From contig NW_021834042.1 of NCBI RefSeq assembly GCF_006345805.1, positions 1 to 27,312 on the forward strand: a stretch of 27,312 bases of DNA, read 5' to 3'. The notes under the pieces are model-generated. The model had not been told where the DNA came from and did no database searches. It saw only the letters and a program-made list of their open reading frames with translations. This document shows, piece by piece, positions 1 through 10,914 of this stretch. How positions within the stretch are numbered: the stretch's first letter is position 1; every line of letters begins with the position of its first letter. The position numbers were made by a program, and so were the translations under genes. Origin of the DNA: Octopus sinensis. Its lineage: Eukaryota.

Positions 1-225
1 CATCATCGTCACTAACATTGTCACCATCATCCCAATAATTGCTGTCACCATCACCATCATGACCCACACAACCACCAACACCATGAGCCCCACCACCACC
101 ACCAAACCTGACAATAAATCTGGAAGTAAGCAATGAAGATTTGAAAGCTGATTTCCACACTGGAGTGAAATATCAACATGGCATGAGGGTAGTGGTGGAT
201 GCGGGTGGGGTGGGGGAGCAAATGA

Positions 226-256
226 ACTACTACTACTACTACTACTACTACCACTA

Positions 257-338
<82 letters not shown>

Positions 339-390
339 TACTACTACTACTACTACTGCTGCTACTACTACTCCTACTGCTACTACTGTA
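226..390. repeat. (TAC)n microsatellite with CAC/TGC variants
   Basis: Directly visible; it produces the poly-Y and poly-V ORFs. Confidence 0.98.
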
Positions 391-479
391 ACAGTGAATT
401 GTCATGGAAGTGACTATAAGAAGCTGTTGTTGTGGTCACTTTATGGCTGTTGTTGTCCATGGAGGGTTGTGATCAATTG

Positions 480-1120
480 AGAGTGAGACAGGGAGTGAGA
501 GAGAGAGAGACAGGAAGTTTGAGAGAGGGGAGAGAAAGGGTGAGAGAGAGAGAGAGAGAGAGAGAACAGAAGTAGGAGGAGGAGGTGGAGGAGGAAAAGT
601 AAATGAGTAAAGAAAAGGAAAGAAGAAAGCATGAGAAATAAAGACAACAACAAAAGAAGAAAGAAGAAGAAGAAGAAGAAGAAGAAGAAGAAAGAGGAAG
701 AGGAAGAGGAAGAGGAAGAAGAAGCAGAAGAAGAAGGAGAAGCAGAAGAAGAAGGAGAAGAAGAAGAAGGAGAAGAAGAAGAAGAAGAAGAAGAACAACA
801 ACAACAACAACAACAATAACAACAGCAACAACAACAGCAATAGCAACAACAATAATATAAGATGAAAGATGAAACTGTGAGAGAAGGAAGAAACTAGAAA
901 ACAACAACTGCAAAAAAAGCAAGCAAGAAAGAAAGAAAGAAAGAAAGGAAAGAAAGAAGGAAAGAAGGAAAGAAAGAAGGAAAGAAGGAAAGAAAGAAGG
1001 AAAGAAGGAAAGAAAGAAAGAAGGAAAGAAAGAAGGAAAGAAGGAAAGAAGGAAGGAAAGAAAGAAAGAAAGGAAGGAAGGAAGGGATGAGGAGGAGAGG
1101 AAGAGAAAATGAAGAGAAGT
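480..1120. repeat. Compound purine-rich tract: (GA)n, (GAA)n, (CAA)n, (GAAA/GAAG)n
   Basis: Directly visible; 925-1087 is uninterrupted purine. Confidence 0.97.
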
Positions 1121-1199
1121 TGATGAGGAAATTTATTAAGTGATTGAAATGACTTCATTGAATTAGCTCCAAACAGAAATGAAATAACTTCACTTAAAT

Positions 1200-1282
1200 G
1201 TGTATTATATATACATGCATGTGTGTGTATATGTGTATCCATGTGTATGCGTGTGTGTATATATACATTCATATATGCATAA

Positions 1283-1315
<33 letters not shown>

Positions 1316-1430
1316 GGCTGATAGATAGATACATATATACATATATATATATACACACCATCACTCTTGTTAATACATGCGTGTGTGTGTGTGCGTGTGT
1401 GGTGTGTGTGTGTGTGTGTGTGTGTCATTA
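1200..1430. repeat. (TA)/(TG)/(CA)n compound microsatellite
   Basis: Directly visible. Confidence 0.95.
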
Positions 1431-3300
1431 ATGATGTTTGGGGTTAGGTGGTGGACTCTACTTTTTTTTTAAAGTCCTCTGACAATTGCCATAATTAGAA
1501 GAACTGCAATGACTACATACTGTAAAGATACACACTTCAATTTATGTTGGATGCTTACTTAATTATCTTTATTATCCTCATTATCAGCATCATTATTATT
1601 ATTTGCCATTTTTTTATATATATTTGTATCCTGTCAAATCAATAGATACAACTTTATCTCCACACCCCCACCCACTACTCTCTCTCTTTATTATATATAA
1701 TTTTTCCTATTATCATTATTATGGTAGTTATCATTATTATTGTTGTTGTTGTTTTTGTTGTTGTTGTTGCTGTTGATGTTGATGTTGTTGTTGTTGTTGT
1801 CCCCCACTTCATATTTCCTTATGAAGATTCTTTTTCCTGAACGAATTTCCCAGCTCATCGAGTGCTGTTTGGTGATGGCAAACCTAACCTTACCGTCGAT
1901 GGAACACTTTTCTCATCTTTTGAGTCCCTGGGATATTACCGTTCTTTCAGTCGTCTATAGTCATTGAATATGTGTTCCAGACTCCATGTGATGAGGATAA
2001 ATATAACTCTATTTATGTATAAGTATGTGCTGTGTGTGTGTGTGTGTGTGTAAGTCTGGACCTGATAAATATGGTTGGAAACAGAGTAGTACTGAAAAAA
2101 TTGTTACCAATATCAAACTTATGTTAAATAGATATCTTCAGCTTCAGTTTTGTCTTATATATATATGATATATATATATATATAATATAATATAATATAT
2201 ATGGAAAAAGACAACGACCTCGAACCCACAAAATTAAACAAGAGAGACAGAGACAGGCAGAAACAAGGAAAATGCCCCTTGTATACTATGCAAATATTCT
2301 TTTAAAAAACTTTTCATTTAATTTTTCCAAAATGTTGTTTTCCATACTTAGAGTTGAAAAAGTCTTAATGACTGAAACCGGTACTGAAATGTTTTTTTAT
2401 AAAATTATTTTAGCATTTTCTGCCTTGACTTTTTTCCATATATATATATATCAACTCGTGTGTTTCTTTTCAACCTTCTACATATATATATACTTCAGTA
2501 CATATGTGCAGCATATATATTTATATATTATTTTGGCAGAGTCGCCTTGTTGCTACTCTGAGCATCACCTGCAGATATATGGAATCTTCAGGCGAGTGAT
2601 GACTGCAGTCACTGCTTGGCTGGATAAATAAAATTCATTTATACAATATGGTTGTGTGAGCTGGTGGAAATAACACCACTACACCACTGCACAAGGGACA
2701 TAAATACACCAAATGAAAAGAAATAGAAGATGCAACATTTTGTGTCAAACTCTTTGTCAAAGAGAAGTAAAAGCAATAAGAGGTGTATGAGAATATAAAT
2801 GATTCCTGTTAAAAGCCTGCAACAGACATTACACTTGCTATAGGATGAGGTAACTTTGGAAGTTTACTTTTGCCATCTTGGGTTGTATCAGGAAATATGA
2901 TATACATACGATAATTATGATTGAGCTTTTACCAAATTGTTTTGGTGTGGATACAAAATGATGAAAGGAATATGAATTTTCAAAAGAAAAAAATGTTTAT
3001 TACTTCAAAATAAAATGGAATAAAGCAAATTTCTCATTTGTCCGACTTCTCTCATGACTACTCTGTCATTTACTCTCCCTCCTCCTCCTCCTCCTCCTCC
3101 TTTGGATCTCTCCACTCACCCAGCAACTCTTATATTAACTCTCTCACTCTCTCTTTCTCCTCCTCTCTTTATATGAAGTAAAAGTATGACTAGAGAAATT
3201 AAATCAACCAACCTAGTAATATTCATATTGGCTTTGCCATACAATTAAAGAATTCTTCCATTTCCTGATGCAAAAATGTCACTAAATAATTTGAAATTTG

Positions 3301-3760
3301 CTCAGTGAGTTCCATGGCGAAGCTTGTTGTCTTGACGTCAGATGTGGAGCATGTCTGTCTGTGTGTCAGCTACCTAAACAGTGCAGCTTTGGTAAAAACG
3401 AAGAAAATAGAGTTTAATTTCTAAATTGCATTTCGATTAATTTAGAGGAATGCGGGAGATGGTCGACGAAGAAGAAGTAAGGTGTAACCCATCTGATAAC
3501 AACGCTCCAGCAAGTCAGAAACGAAATAAAAATTAAGGTTTAATTGAGAAGGCTGCAAAAGTTGTTTCTGTTTGCTCGTTAATTAGCTGAAGTTAGTCAA
3601 AGCTGCTTCTGGAAAACTAATTTATTAATCTGAGTTCAAACAGTTATTTTTCTGATGTTCACGGCTGAATTTCCTCTCTGTTGGCTGATGGGATTATAAT
3701 TTCGACATCACATGTCTGTGAACGATCAGTTGCGGCTGTTTTATGGTGAAACACATTAAT
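3301..3760. promoter_or_regulatory. Candidate cis-regulatory island (CpG-enriched, CRE palindrome, clustered TAAT motifs)
   Basis: I count 14 CpG in 3301-3740, against 2 in 2641-3300 and 2 in 3741-4260. TGACGTCA lies at 3333-3340, with several TTAATT/TAATTA-type sites. There is no long ORF and no repeat similarity. Confidence 0.35.
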
Positions 3761-4274
3761 GTCACTTGGGTCAGTGAATGGTGTAAGGGGCTGATTTATA
3801 GCATCACAAGTAGAGGTTGGTCAGTGAAAATGTATTGGCAAGCTTTTTCAGGGTCCATTCCTAAATGGATAGCAGAAAGGGTCAATAAATGTATACACAC
3901 CAAAAGAATTGTGTGGTATAGTGTAGAATGGACATGCTATATACATTCATTAAACATACATGTTTATACTTTGTTCAGAGATGATAAAGAAAGCAAGCTT
4001 GCTAGTTTACTACATAATATACACCATGTGTGAGCACGGATTATATACACTGGGTAGAGATTAGTTAATCCAAATCTATAATGAAACACTATTTTTATAC
4101 AACTGAACATTCAAATTATATAAATTATATACTGAGTAATAAAGCAATACAATATACACGCAGCATGGTCTGATTAAACATACATGTTATATACACTGCA
4201 TAAGGAGCAATATAACAATACATCAAACATATGCTGTATATGTGTGTTTATATATATATATATTATATACATAT

Positions 4275-4497
4275 CATCATCATCATCATCATCAACATCC
4301 TTTAACGTCCGTTGTCTATGCTGACATGGGTTGGACGGTTTGACCAGAGCTGGCAACTTGGAAGGCTGCACCAGACTCCAGTCTGATTTTGGTATGGTTT
4401 CTATGGATGGATGCCCTTCCTAACGCCAACCTCCCCGAGAGTGTAATGCATGATTTCACTTGCCATTTGCATGACACCAGTAACTGCCATGACTGTA
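4275..4497 (-). mobile_element. Retroposon family C (my label), 3' end with a (GAT)n tail
   Basis: (CAT)n then TTTAACGTCCG...CATGGGTTGGACGGTTTGAC...GGATGCCCTTCCTAACGCCAA. The same motifs occur at 14159 and, inverted, at 19550-20100. Confidence 0.85.
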
Positions 4498-4880
4498 TAT
4501 ATAGTTGAAATTTACAGAAAAACAAAAAACGAAGACAGCTGTATGAACAACATGCAGATATACATATAGAGGGTTTTGGCCAAAATTCACCCATCAGTAA
4601 ATCAAAATTCCGTAAACACTTAATATTCAATTTTATTTATTCATTTGGAAAAAGGGTGTTGCTCAAGAAGGACTTCAGTTTGAACAATTTTCATGAGGTT
4701 TCATATTTAGATGCTTTAATTAAATTCATTCAGTCGTTAATCCTAAATAGATTTTGGAATTAAATGGTTTTGATTTACTGTCAGGTGACTTTTGACCATC
4801 CGTGTATATATATTACATACACACACACACACACACACAAATATATGTATGTATTACATACATATTGTATTCTTCAAGAT

Positions 4881-5035
4881 GCAGGCACAGCTATGTGGTT
4901 TAGAAGTTTGTTTCCAATCCACATGGTACTGGGTTCAATCCCACAGCTTGACATCTTAGACAAATGTCTTCTTCTATAACTTCAGGCTAACCAAAACCTT
5001 GTGAGTGAATTTGATAGAAATTGAGAGAATATATG
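4881..5035 (+). mobile_element. tRNA-derived SINE, family B (my label)
   Basis: The head is GCAGGCACAGCTATGTGGTTTAG, the B box is GGGTTCAATCCC, and ACCTTGTGAGTGAATTTG follows. It is collinear with the copy at 19605-19748. Confidence 0.8.
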
Positions 5036-5125
5036 TGTGTGTATGTATTTTGGGTTATCCCATAAATAATGTGGTTTTTAATACTTTTTTTTATTGCTCA
5101 AAATTAAGATAATCAAAGTTCTTTT

Positions 5126-6332
5126 TTAATCTAAAATATTCTCTCCTTCATTTTCTACTATGCTCTTCCATCTATCTGCTAGACTTGCAATGCCTCTCTT
5201 CCAAAGTTCACTTGTCTGTGATGAAAAATACTCCTCCAGTACTGGTCTGACTTTCTTTACAGAATTCATATTTTTTCCGTCCAAAAAATTTTGAAGACTG
5301 CGGAATAAATGATAATCAAATGGAGAAATGTCCAGCAAATATTTTGGGTGGGGCATCATTTCCTATTCAAACTGCTCCAGCCTTTGGAATTTCATCCTCG
5401 CATTATGTGGTTGAGCATTATCCTGATGGAAGATCACTTTTTGCCTTGAAACCAAAGACAGTCATTTTTCTTCTAGCACTGATTTAAGCCATTCAAGCTG
5501 CTCACAGCAGATCTCCTTTGTTATCTTGTGGGTGGGTTTAAAAGTTCAAAGTGGACTAAACCTTTCATATCCCATCAAACATAACAACCCCTTACATGAG
5601 TAAAGACCTTCTTTAGCCCTTTCATTACCAACCGGCTGAAAATGGCTCTGGCTGTTGTTTTCATAAGTTTTGAAAACCTTCCACCAAACCTTAGTTACAA
5701 TTTATGTTCCTAACACCAGCTTAATGATAAGTAAGTTATTTTACTAAATGCTTTATTATATTTAAAGTAATTGAAAGAAACACAGAACATCTCAACAGAA
5801 ATACAATAACGAAAGGGTTTGCCTGGGGTGCTGTTGTTTCTCCTTTCCCTACCTGCTGTCTTTGGTGCTTGACATTTTTATGGAGAACCCATTTCTTGTC
5901 ATCAGTCACTATTCAGTCCAAAAAAGGTTCATTCATGAGACGTGACAGCAAAGAAGAGCACACATTCACTTTCTGCATGCGATTAGACTCAGAAAGTTTG
6001 TGAGGAACCCGTTGACCCAATTTGCTGACTTTTCTGATGGCATGCATGTGTGGGTGAATGGTTGAATTACCAAATCTAAGCTTCTCTGTTAATTCCTCAA
6101 CAGTTACAATGGGACTTTGTTCGACCAAGTTCTACAGATCTTCCAGGATGAGGCTCATCTTCTAGGCTGTAATTTCTGGCTCAGAATTTCTGGAACCACG
6201 TTGACACTGGCTGATGCTTATTGTCCAATCCCCATATACTGCATTAATGTTCCTCACACTTTTTATTGTGTTGTTGCCTTTATTGAACTCATAAAGCAAA
6301 ATATGCCAAAGATGCTCCGTTGTCACTTCCAT
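5126..6332 (-). pseudogene. Mariner transposase pseudogene (stops, frameshifts and a MITE insertion)
   Basis: It starts MEVTTEHLWHILLYEFNKG (HTH region) and contains VPHKLSE, IVTDD-KW, WDMKGLVHFELL, FHQDNAQPH, HPKYLLDISPFDYHLFRSLQ, ending ...IVENEGENILD*. I count exactly 34 residues between the D of HQD and the D of PFDY (D34D). There is an in-frame TAG at a conserved W position. Confidence 0.93.
5617..5817. mobile_element. 201-bp piggyBac-type MITE inserted in the mariner ORF
   Basis: The ends CCCTTTCATTAC / ATAACGAAAGGG form an imperfect 12-bp TIR with CCC...GGG termini. The 4-bp flanks are TTAG (5613-5616) and TTTG (5818-5821). Removing the insert and one flank restores transposase ...APQAKEGL.... 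The interior is non-coding and AT-rich. Confidence 0.85.
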
Positions 6333-6669
6333 TATAACTTTGAAAAAATAACTGTTAAAATCGAACTGCAATCTTCAAAACTTGCACTAAGAATAAATAG
6401 AAGATAAAATTGCTACCTGCTTTTATAGTAAGTTGTTGCAGGTAGTTTATCCTGTCTCCCTCCGACTTTTGGTTCCTGCAGTTGAAAAAACTGATTATTT
6501 ATGGGATCACCTGGCATATCTTATTGATGCCATAGTTCACTGAACCACCCCTAAGACTGCCTTACTCCACTGACCACTATATTACAAACTTCTTGACCAG
6601 TCCAAGGACCTCATTAATGAAGCTCAACATTATCACCTTTTCTCCAGATTGGTCAGTTGAGTCTGTTCT

Positions 6670-6871
6670 TGACCTCAGTCCAATTCACTCAGACTGTTTT
6701 TGCAACTTATAAAACAATATAGACAAAATGAGTTGTCATACTGTCCTTCATTGAAATGAAGACATGGAGGAAGGTCATCAGAGGTCAGCAGAGGTCAGCA
6801 GAAGTCAGCCTTCATCTGATTTGCATTTCATATTCTCCCCATTAGATTTTATTCTGGCCACAAAATGACCT
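6670..6871. promoter_or_regulatory. Candidate nuclear-receptor response element cluster (tandem DR4) plus an octamer
   Basis: AGGTCA lies at 6772, 6782 and 6792 and AAGTCA at 6802, all with 4-nt spacers. TGACCT lies at 6670 and 6866, and ATTTGCAT at 6819-6826. Function is not shown. Confidence 0.35.
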
Positions 6872-6965
6872 CACAAAAGTCATCAATATTATACACAACA
6901 TCCCATCTTTTTCTCACCTTTCCTAAAATATTTGACTTCAGTAAAAACAAAAATAATAATAATGA

Positions 6966-7171
6966 TAATCTTTTCTACAAGGTCTGAGATTTTGGAGAAA
7001 GGGTCAGTTGGTTACATCGACCCCCAGTTCTAGACTGGCATTTATTTTATTGATTCTGAAAGGACAAAAAGTAAAGTTAGCTTCAGTGGAATTTGAACTC
7101 AGAATGTAATGTCAAGTGAAATACTGCAAAGCACTTTGTTCAGTGTGCTAACCATTCTGCCAGTTTGCCAC
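6966..7171 (-). mobile_element. tRNA-derived SINE, family A (my label)
   Basis: The reverse complement has the head TGGCAAACTGGCAGAATGGTTAGC, the B box GAGTTCAAATTCC, a core like CTTTTTGTCCTTTCAGAATCAATAAAATAAATGCCAG and a 3' end AGAAAAGATTATCATTATT. It aligns with the other copies in this window. Confidence 0.85.
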
Positions 7172-7214
7172 ATTAAATAAGTTCAAGAACAACAACAACA
7201 ACAATAATAATAAT

Positions 7215-7432
7215 GGGTCAGAATTCTGGCATAAGGCCAGTAATGTTTTGCGGGTGGGGCGTAAGTTGATTACATTTACCCCAGGGATCAGCTGGTATTT
7301 ATTTTATTGACCCCAAAAGGATGAAAAGCAAATCGAATCCTTGCAGAATTTGAACTCAGAGCATAAAGAACCACAAAAATGCCGCTAAGCAGTTTGTCCA
7401 ATGTGTCAAGGATTCTGCCAGCTCACTGCCTT
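7215..7432 (-). mobile_element. tRNA-derived SINE, family A
   Basis: The reverse complement reads GGCAGTGAGCTGGCAGAATCC..., B box GAGTTCAAATTC, core CTTTTCATCCTTTTGGGGTCAATAAAATAAATACCAG and 3' GGCCTTATGCC, with an (ATT)n/(GTT)n tail. Confidence 0.88.
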
Positions 7433-7497
7433 GAAACTAATTTTACGATACAGATTTTCCACATTTGTTGAATAAATTTAAACAAATCACATGACCA

Positions 7498-7778
7498 TTT
7501 TCAGGAGTCGCAATTCTAACCCTGGAATATTTCGTAATTAACTCTTTGAAGCATCAAATTTTTACTCTCACTAATCTGACCTCTGTCAAAAGAAATCAAT
7601 TCCGAAATGAAGATACCCCTACCCCCATAAACTTTTGTTGTTGTTGTTGTTGCTGTTGTTGTTGAATATAACCAAACAATGGTAAAAATTCCCTAAAAAA
7701 AACCCCACCATTCGGAGGAATATTTTCCGGAGTCTTACGTCTGACCCTGAAATATTTGTTAATTAACTCTTTGAAGCA
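7498..7778 (+). repeat. Dispersed 56-bp direct repeat (7498-7553 and 7723-7778)
   Basis: I count 47 of 56 ungapped matches at an offset of 225 bp. The last 19 bp, TAATTAACTCTTTGAAGCA, are identical. Confidence 0.9.
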
Positions 7779-8129
7779 ATGTAACTTGTTTTTTATTTTT
7801 TCATTTAATCTGAATCATATTTCTCTCTCCCCCCCTCTCTCTCTCTCTCTCTCCCTCTTCCCCCCTCTCTCTCTCCTTCTTTCTCACTCTCTTTCACTCT
7901 TGGTGCTGTAATCTAACATTAACCCATTTTAAAATTATCCTGGGTATACTTAGACAAGGGGACACAATATAAAAGGCTGCTGTATCACACAGAAATTCAC
8001 TTCATCCCAACTGGACTTCCTCCTCCTCCCCTCATAACTTCATTCTCTCAACTTGACTTCTTCATTTCCCTGTTCTGCGAATTCCCTGCCCCTCACCGCT
8101 TCTCTAAAACCCACTTCTCTCATCATAGG

Positions 8130-8337
8130 ATTATTATTGTTGTTGTTGTTGTTACAGAATTATCGATTTCTTTCAGAAACACACTGACATCATTATCACC
8201 ACCACCACCATCACAGCCATGACAACGACCACCACCACAGCAACAACAACAGACAATCGCAATGATTAGAATTCACTCTTGATTGCTTTCCATTTACATT
8301 ATTTATTTCTTTATTATTATTATTATTATTATTATTA

Positions 8338-8370
<33 letters not shown>

Positions 8371-8745
8371 CATTATTATTATTATCATTATTTCTGTATT
8401 TATTGCTTATTTGTATACTTTCTACATCAACTGGTGAAGTTTCATGTCATTGTCTTTCACTACAAGTTCCCAACATATCAGCAACCATCCATATTTCTCT
8501 GCATGACTGGTGATGAAAGAAATAAGGGAGTATCTGCAACTCGCTACAGAACAAATATTGGAAAGTACTTTGTTTGAAGAAAATTGGTATCTTTTTATTA
8601 TTTTAAATTTTTTTGGGGCTGATTCTTTACTGACATACATCAACAAAAGATGTGCATGCACACACACATACACACACACCAGATAATCATTACTATGATA
8701 TATAGATATGTATGTATATATGTATGCATAATATATATAGATCTG

Positions 8746-8821
<76 letters not shown>

Positions 8822-8831
8822 TGAATGTATA

Positions 8832-8910
<79 letters not shown>

Positions 8911-9044
8911 ATATATATATATATATATATTACCCGAATGTATGTATTAAATATCCATCACGGCTGGTCTTACAAATTGGTTTCACGTAAAGAATACAAT
9001 GGAATAGTGTTAGGTATATATATGTATATAATATATGTGTGTGC

Positions 9045-9098
<54 letters not shown>

Positions 9099-9360
9099 AA
9101 TCCTTTTCCAGTCTATTTCTTCACTTTGTGCTTATGTCATAGTCCCAAGTAATTTATAATTATTTATTGAGCACTTTCAGTGAAAAATACTTAATTTCTG
9201 TGCGTTGCAATGTACATTATTAAGATCATGTGAATCTTTTTGCCATAAAGACATAAGTATATATATATATATATATACACACACACGCACGCACACACAC
9301 ACACACATCCACATATGTGTGCATATAAAGAGACATATACACACATTCACACACACACAC
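8130..9360. repeat. Cluster of (GTT), (CCA/CAA), (ATT), (TATATG), (TA) and (CA) microsatellites
   Basis: Directly visible, with short unique spacers. Confidence 0.93.
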
Positions 9361-9610
9361 ATTGTATGTTCCTTGTTTTGTTGCAGAATCATCTTTAGAA
9401 AAGCCATTCCCTTGTGGTATGGCTGCCAAAGATTGCACTGGTAACTAACCGATTCCTCAGAGCCTGCTCTGTCTCTTCTGAGAGTTTTATTTAATAATAT
9501 AGAAGATTCTTTGAAGGTGGAGCTAGGGGAGTTACAAGCAACTGAGGTGTAGGGGAAGAGAGAGAGAGAGAATTTTAGTTAATCTGTGTGTGTGTGTGTA
9601 TGTGTGTGTG

Positions 9611-9657
<47 letters not shown>

Positions 9658-10063
9658 TGTTTTAAATATACTTGTGAATGGCCCTCCACCACTTTCCATG
9701 ATGACTCTTCTTTTTCTTTCAATTGAACATTCGACTGATTGAATTCTTAAGTTGCTGAGTATTCCATAGCCACATGTACCTTTAACAAAGTCCTCGTACT
9801 GCATAATTAGCAACCAGATTTCAGCCAGTGACCTTCCCTTCAATGGGTTGTCTCCACTTATTTTATTTCTCCCAACTTCGGTTGGCCCAAGATTATGGCA
9901 ATACCTACAGACCCTGGGACTGAACTCATCATCTCAGCCTTGTGAAACTTACTTAGCAACCTTCATGCACCTTACAAATGAAGCTTACAAATACAGTTTG
10001 TTACCGATAGAGATCTTGGAATATATAGATGTGTGTGTGTGTGTGTGGTGTGTGTGTGTGTGT

Positions 10064-10318
10064 GCAGGCATGGCTGTGTGGTTACAAAGTTCACCTCTCG
10101 ACCTCGTGGTTTTAGGTTCAGTCCCACTTGGCGAGTGTCTTCTACAACAGCTTGCTGACGTTTCATCTGACTCTTTGTGTTCAAATTCTAACAAGATCAA
10201 CTTTGCCTTTCATCCTTCTGGGGTTGATAAAATAAGTACCAGTAGTGCACTGCTGGGGTCGATCTAATTGACTCAACCCCTCCCCAAAATTGCTAGCCTT
10301 GTGCCAAAATTTGAAACC

Positions 10319-10320
<2 letters not shown>
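10064..10320 (+). mobile_element. Chimeric SINE: family-B head joined to a family-A body and tail
   Basis: The 5' part GCAGGCATGGCTGTGTGGTT...GGTTCAGTCCCAC...GAGTGTCTTCTAC matches the heads at 4881 and 19605. The 3' part GTTCAAATTC...CTTTGCCTTTCATCCTTCTGGGGTTGATAAAATAAGTACCAG...GCCTTGTGCC matches family A. Confidence 0.8.
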
Positions 10321-10470
<150 letters not shown>

Positions 10471-10690
10471 AAAGGTGGTGAGCAGGCAGAATAGTTAGCA
10501 CGCTGGACAAAATGCTTAGCGGTATTTCACCCATCGCTACTTTCTGAGTTCAAATTCTGCTGAGGTCGACTTTATCTTTCATCCTTTTGGGGTCAATAAA
10601 TTAAGTACCAGTTGAGTACCGGGGTTGATGCAATTGACTATCCCCCTTCCCCAAATTTCAGGCCTTGTGCCTAAAGTAGAAAAGATTAAC
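10471..10690 (+). mobile_element. tRNA-derived SINE, family A, near full length
   Basis: The head is GGTGGTGAGCAGGCAGAATAGTTAGC, the B box GAGTTCAAATTC lies at 10546-10557, the core is CTTTCATCCTTTTGGGGTCAATAAATTAAGTACCAG and the 3' end is GGCCTTGTGCCTAAAGTAGAAAAGATT. It has (ATT)n on both sides. Confidence 0.9.
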
Positions 10691-10735
10691 ATTATTATTA
10701 TTATTATTACTATTATTATTATCATCATCATCGTT

Positions 10736-10914
10736 AAGCAGTGAGCTGATAGAATCGTTAGTGCACTGGACAAAATGCTCAGTGGTATTTTGTTTGTCCA
10801 CTGAGTTTACCTTTCCTCCTTTTGGGGTCAATAAAGTAAGAACCAGTTGACCAACAGGGTTGATGTAATCAATTTTCCCACCCCTGAAATTGCTGGCCTT
10901 GTGCTAAAATATAT

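Larger units (their letters stand above)
5048..6517 (-). mobile_element. Full-length inactive Tc1/mariner DNA transposon, mariner DD34D family
   Basis: The TIR core ATCCCATAAATAAT at 5057-5070 is perfectly inverted at 6494-6507, with TA dinucleotides nearby at both ends. The element encloses a transposase pseudogene. Its length minus the 201-bp insertion is about 1.27 kb, typical of mariner. Confidence 0.93.

Noticed and set aside
57-1431. Long ORFs up to 330 aa (poly-V, Y, L, E, F/S)
   Set aside because: These are translations of (TAC)n, (GAA)n, (GAAA)n and (CA)n repeats, which lack stops by construction. The same applies to nearly all low-complexity ORFs in the track.
2560-2610. Possible 51-nt minus-strand exon (PSSDCSHHSPEDSIYLQ or QAVTAVITRLKIPYICR)
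   Set aside because: The GTGATG donor is weak, the open frames are phase-incompatible with the 13061 exon, and no motif is recognisable.
6918-6935. Possible 18-nt minus-strand microexon (TCAAATATTTTAGGAAAG|GTGAGA)
   Set aside because: The donor is strong but the acceptor is a weak AAG with a competing internal TAG. There is no other support.
8422-8515. Minus-strand acceptor-like tract followed by short ORFs
   Set aside because: All frames terminate with no donor, and no domain is recognisable.
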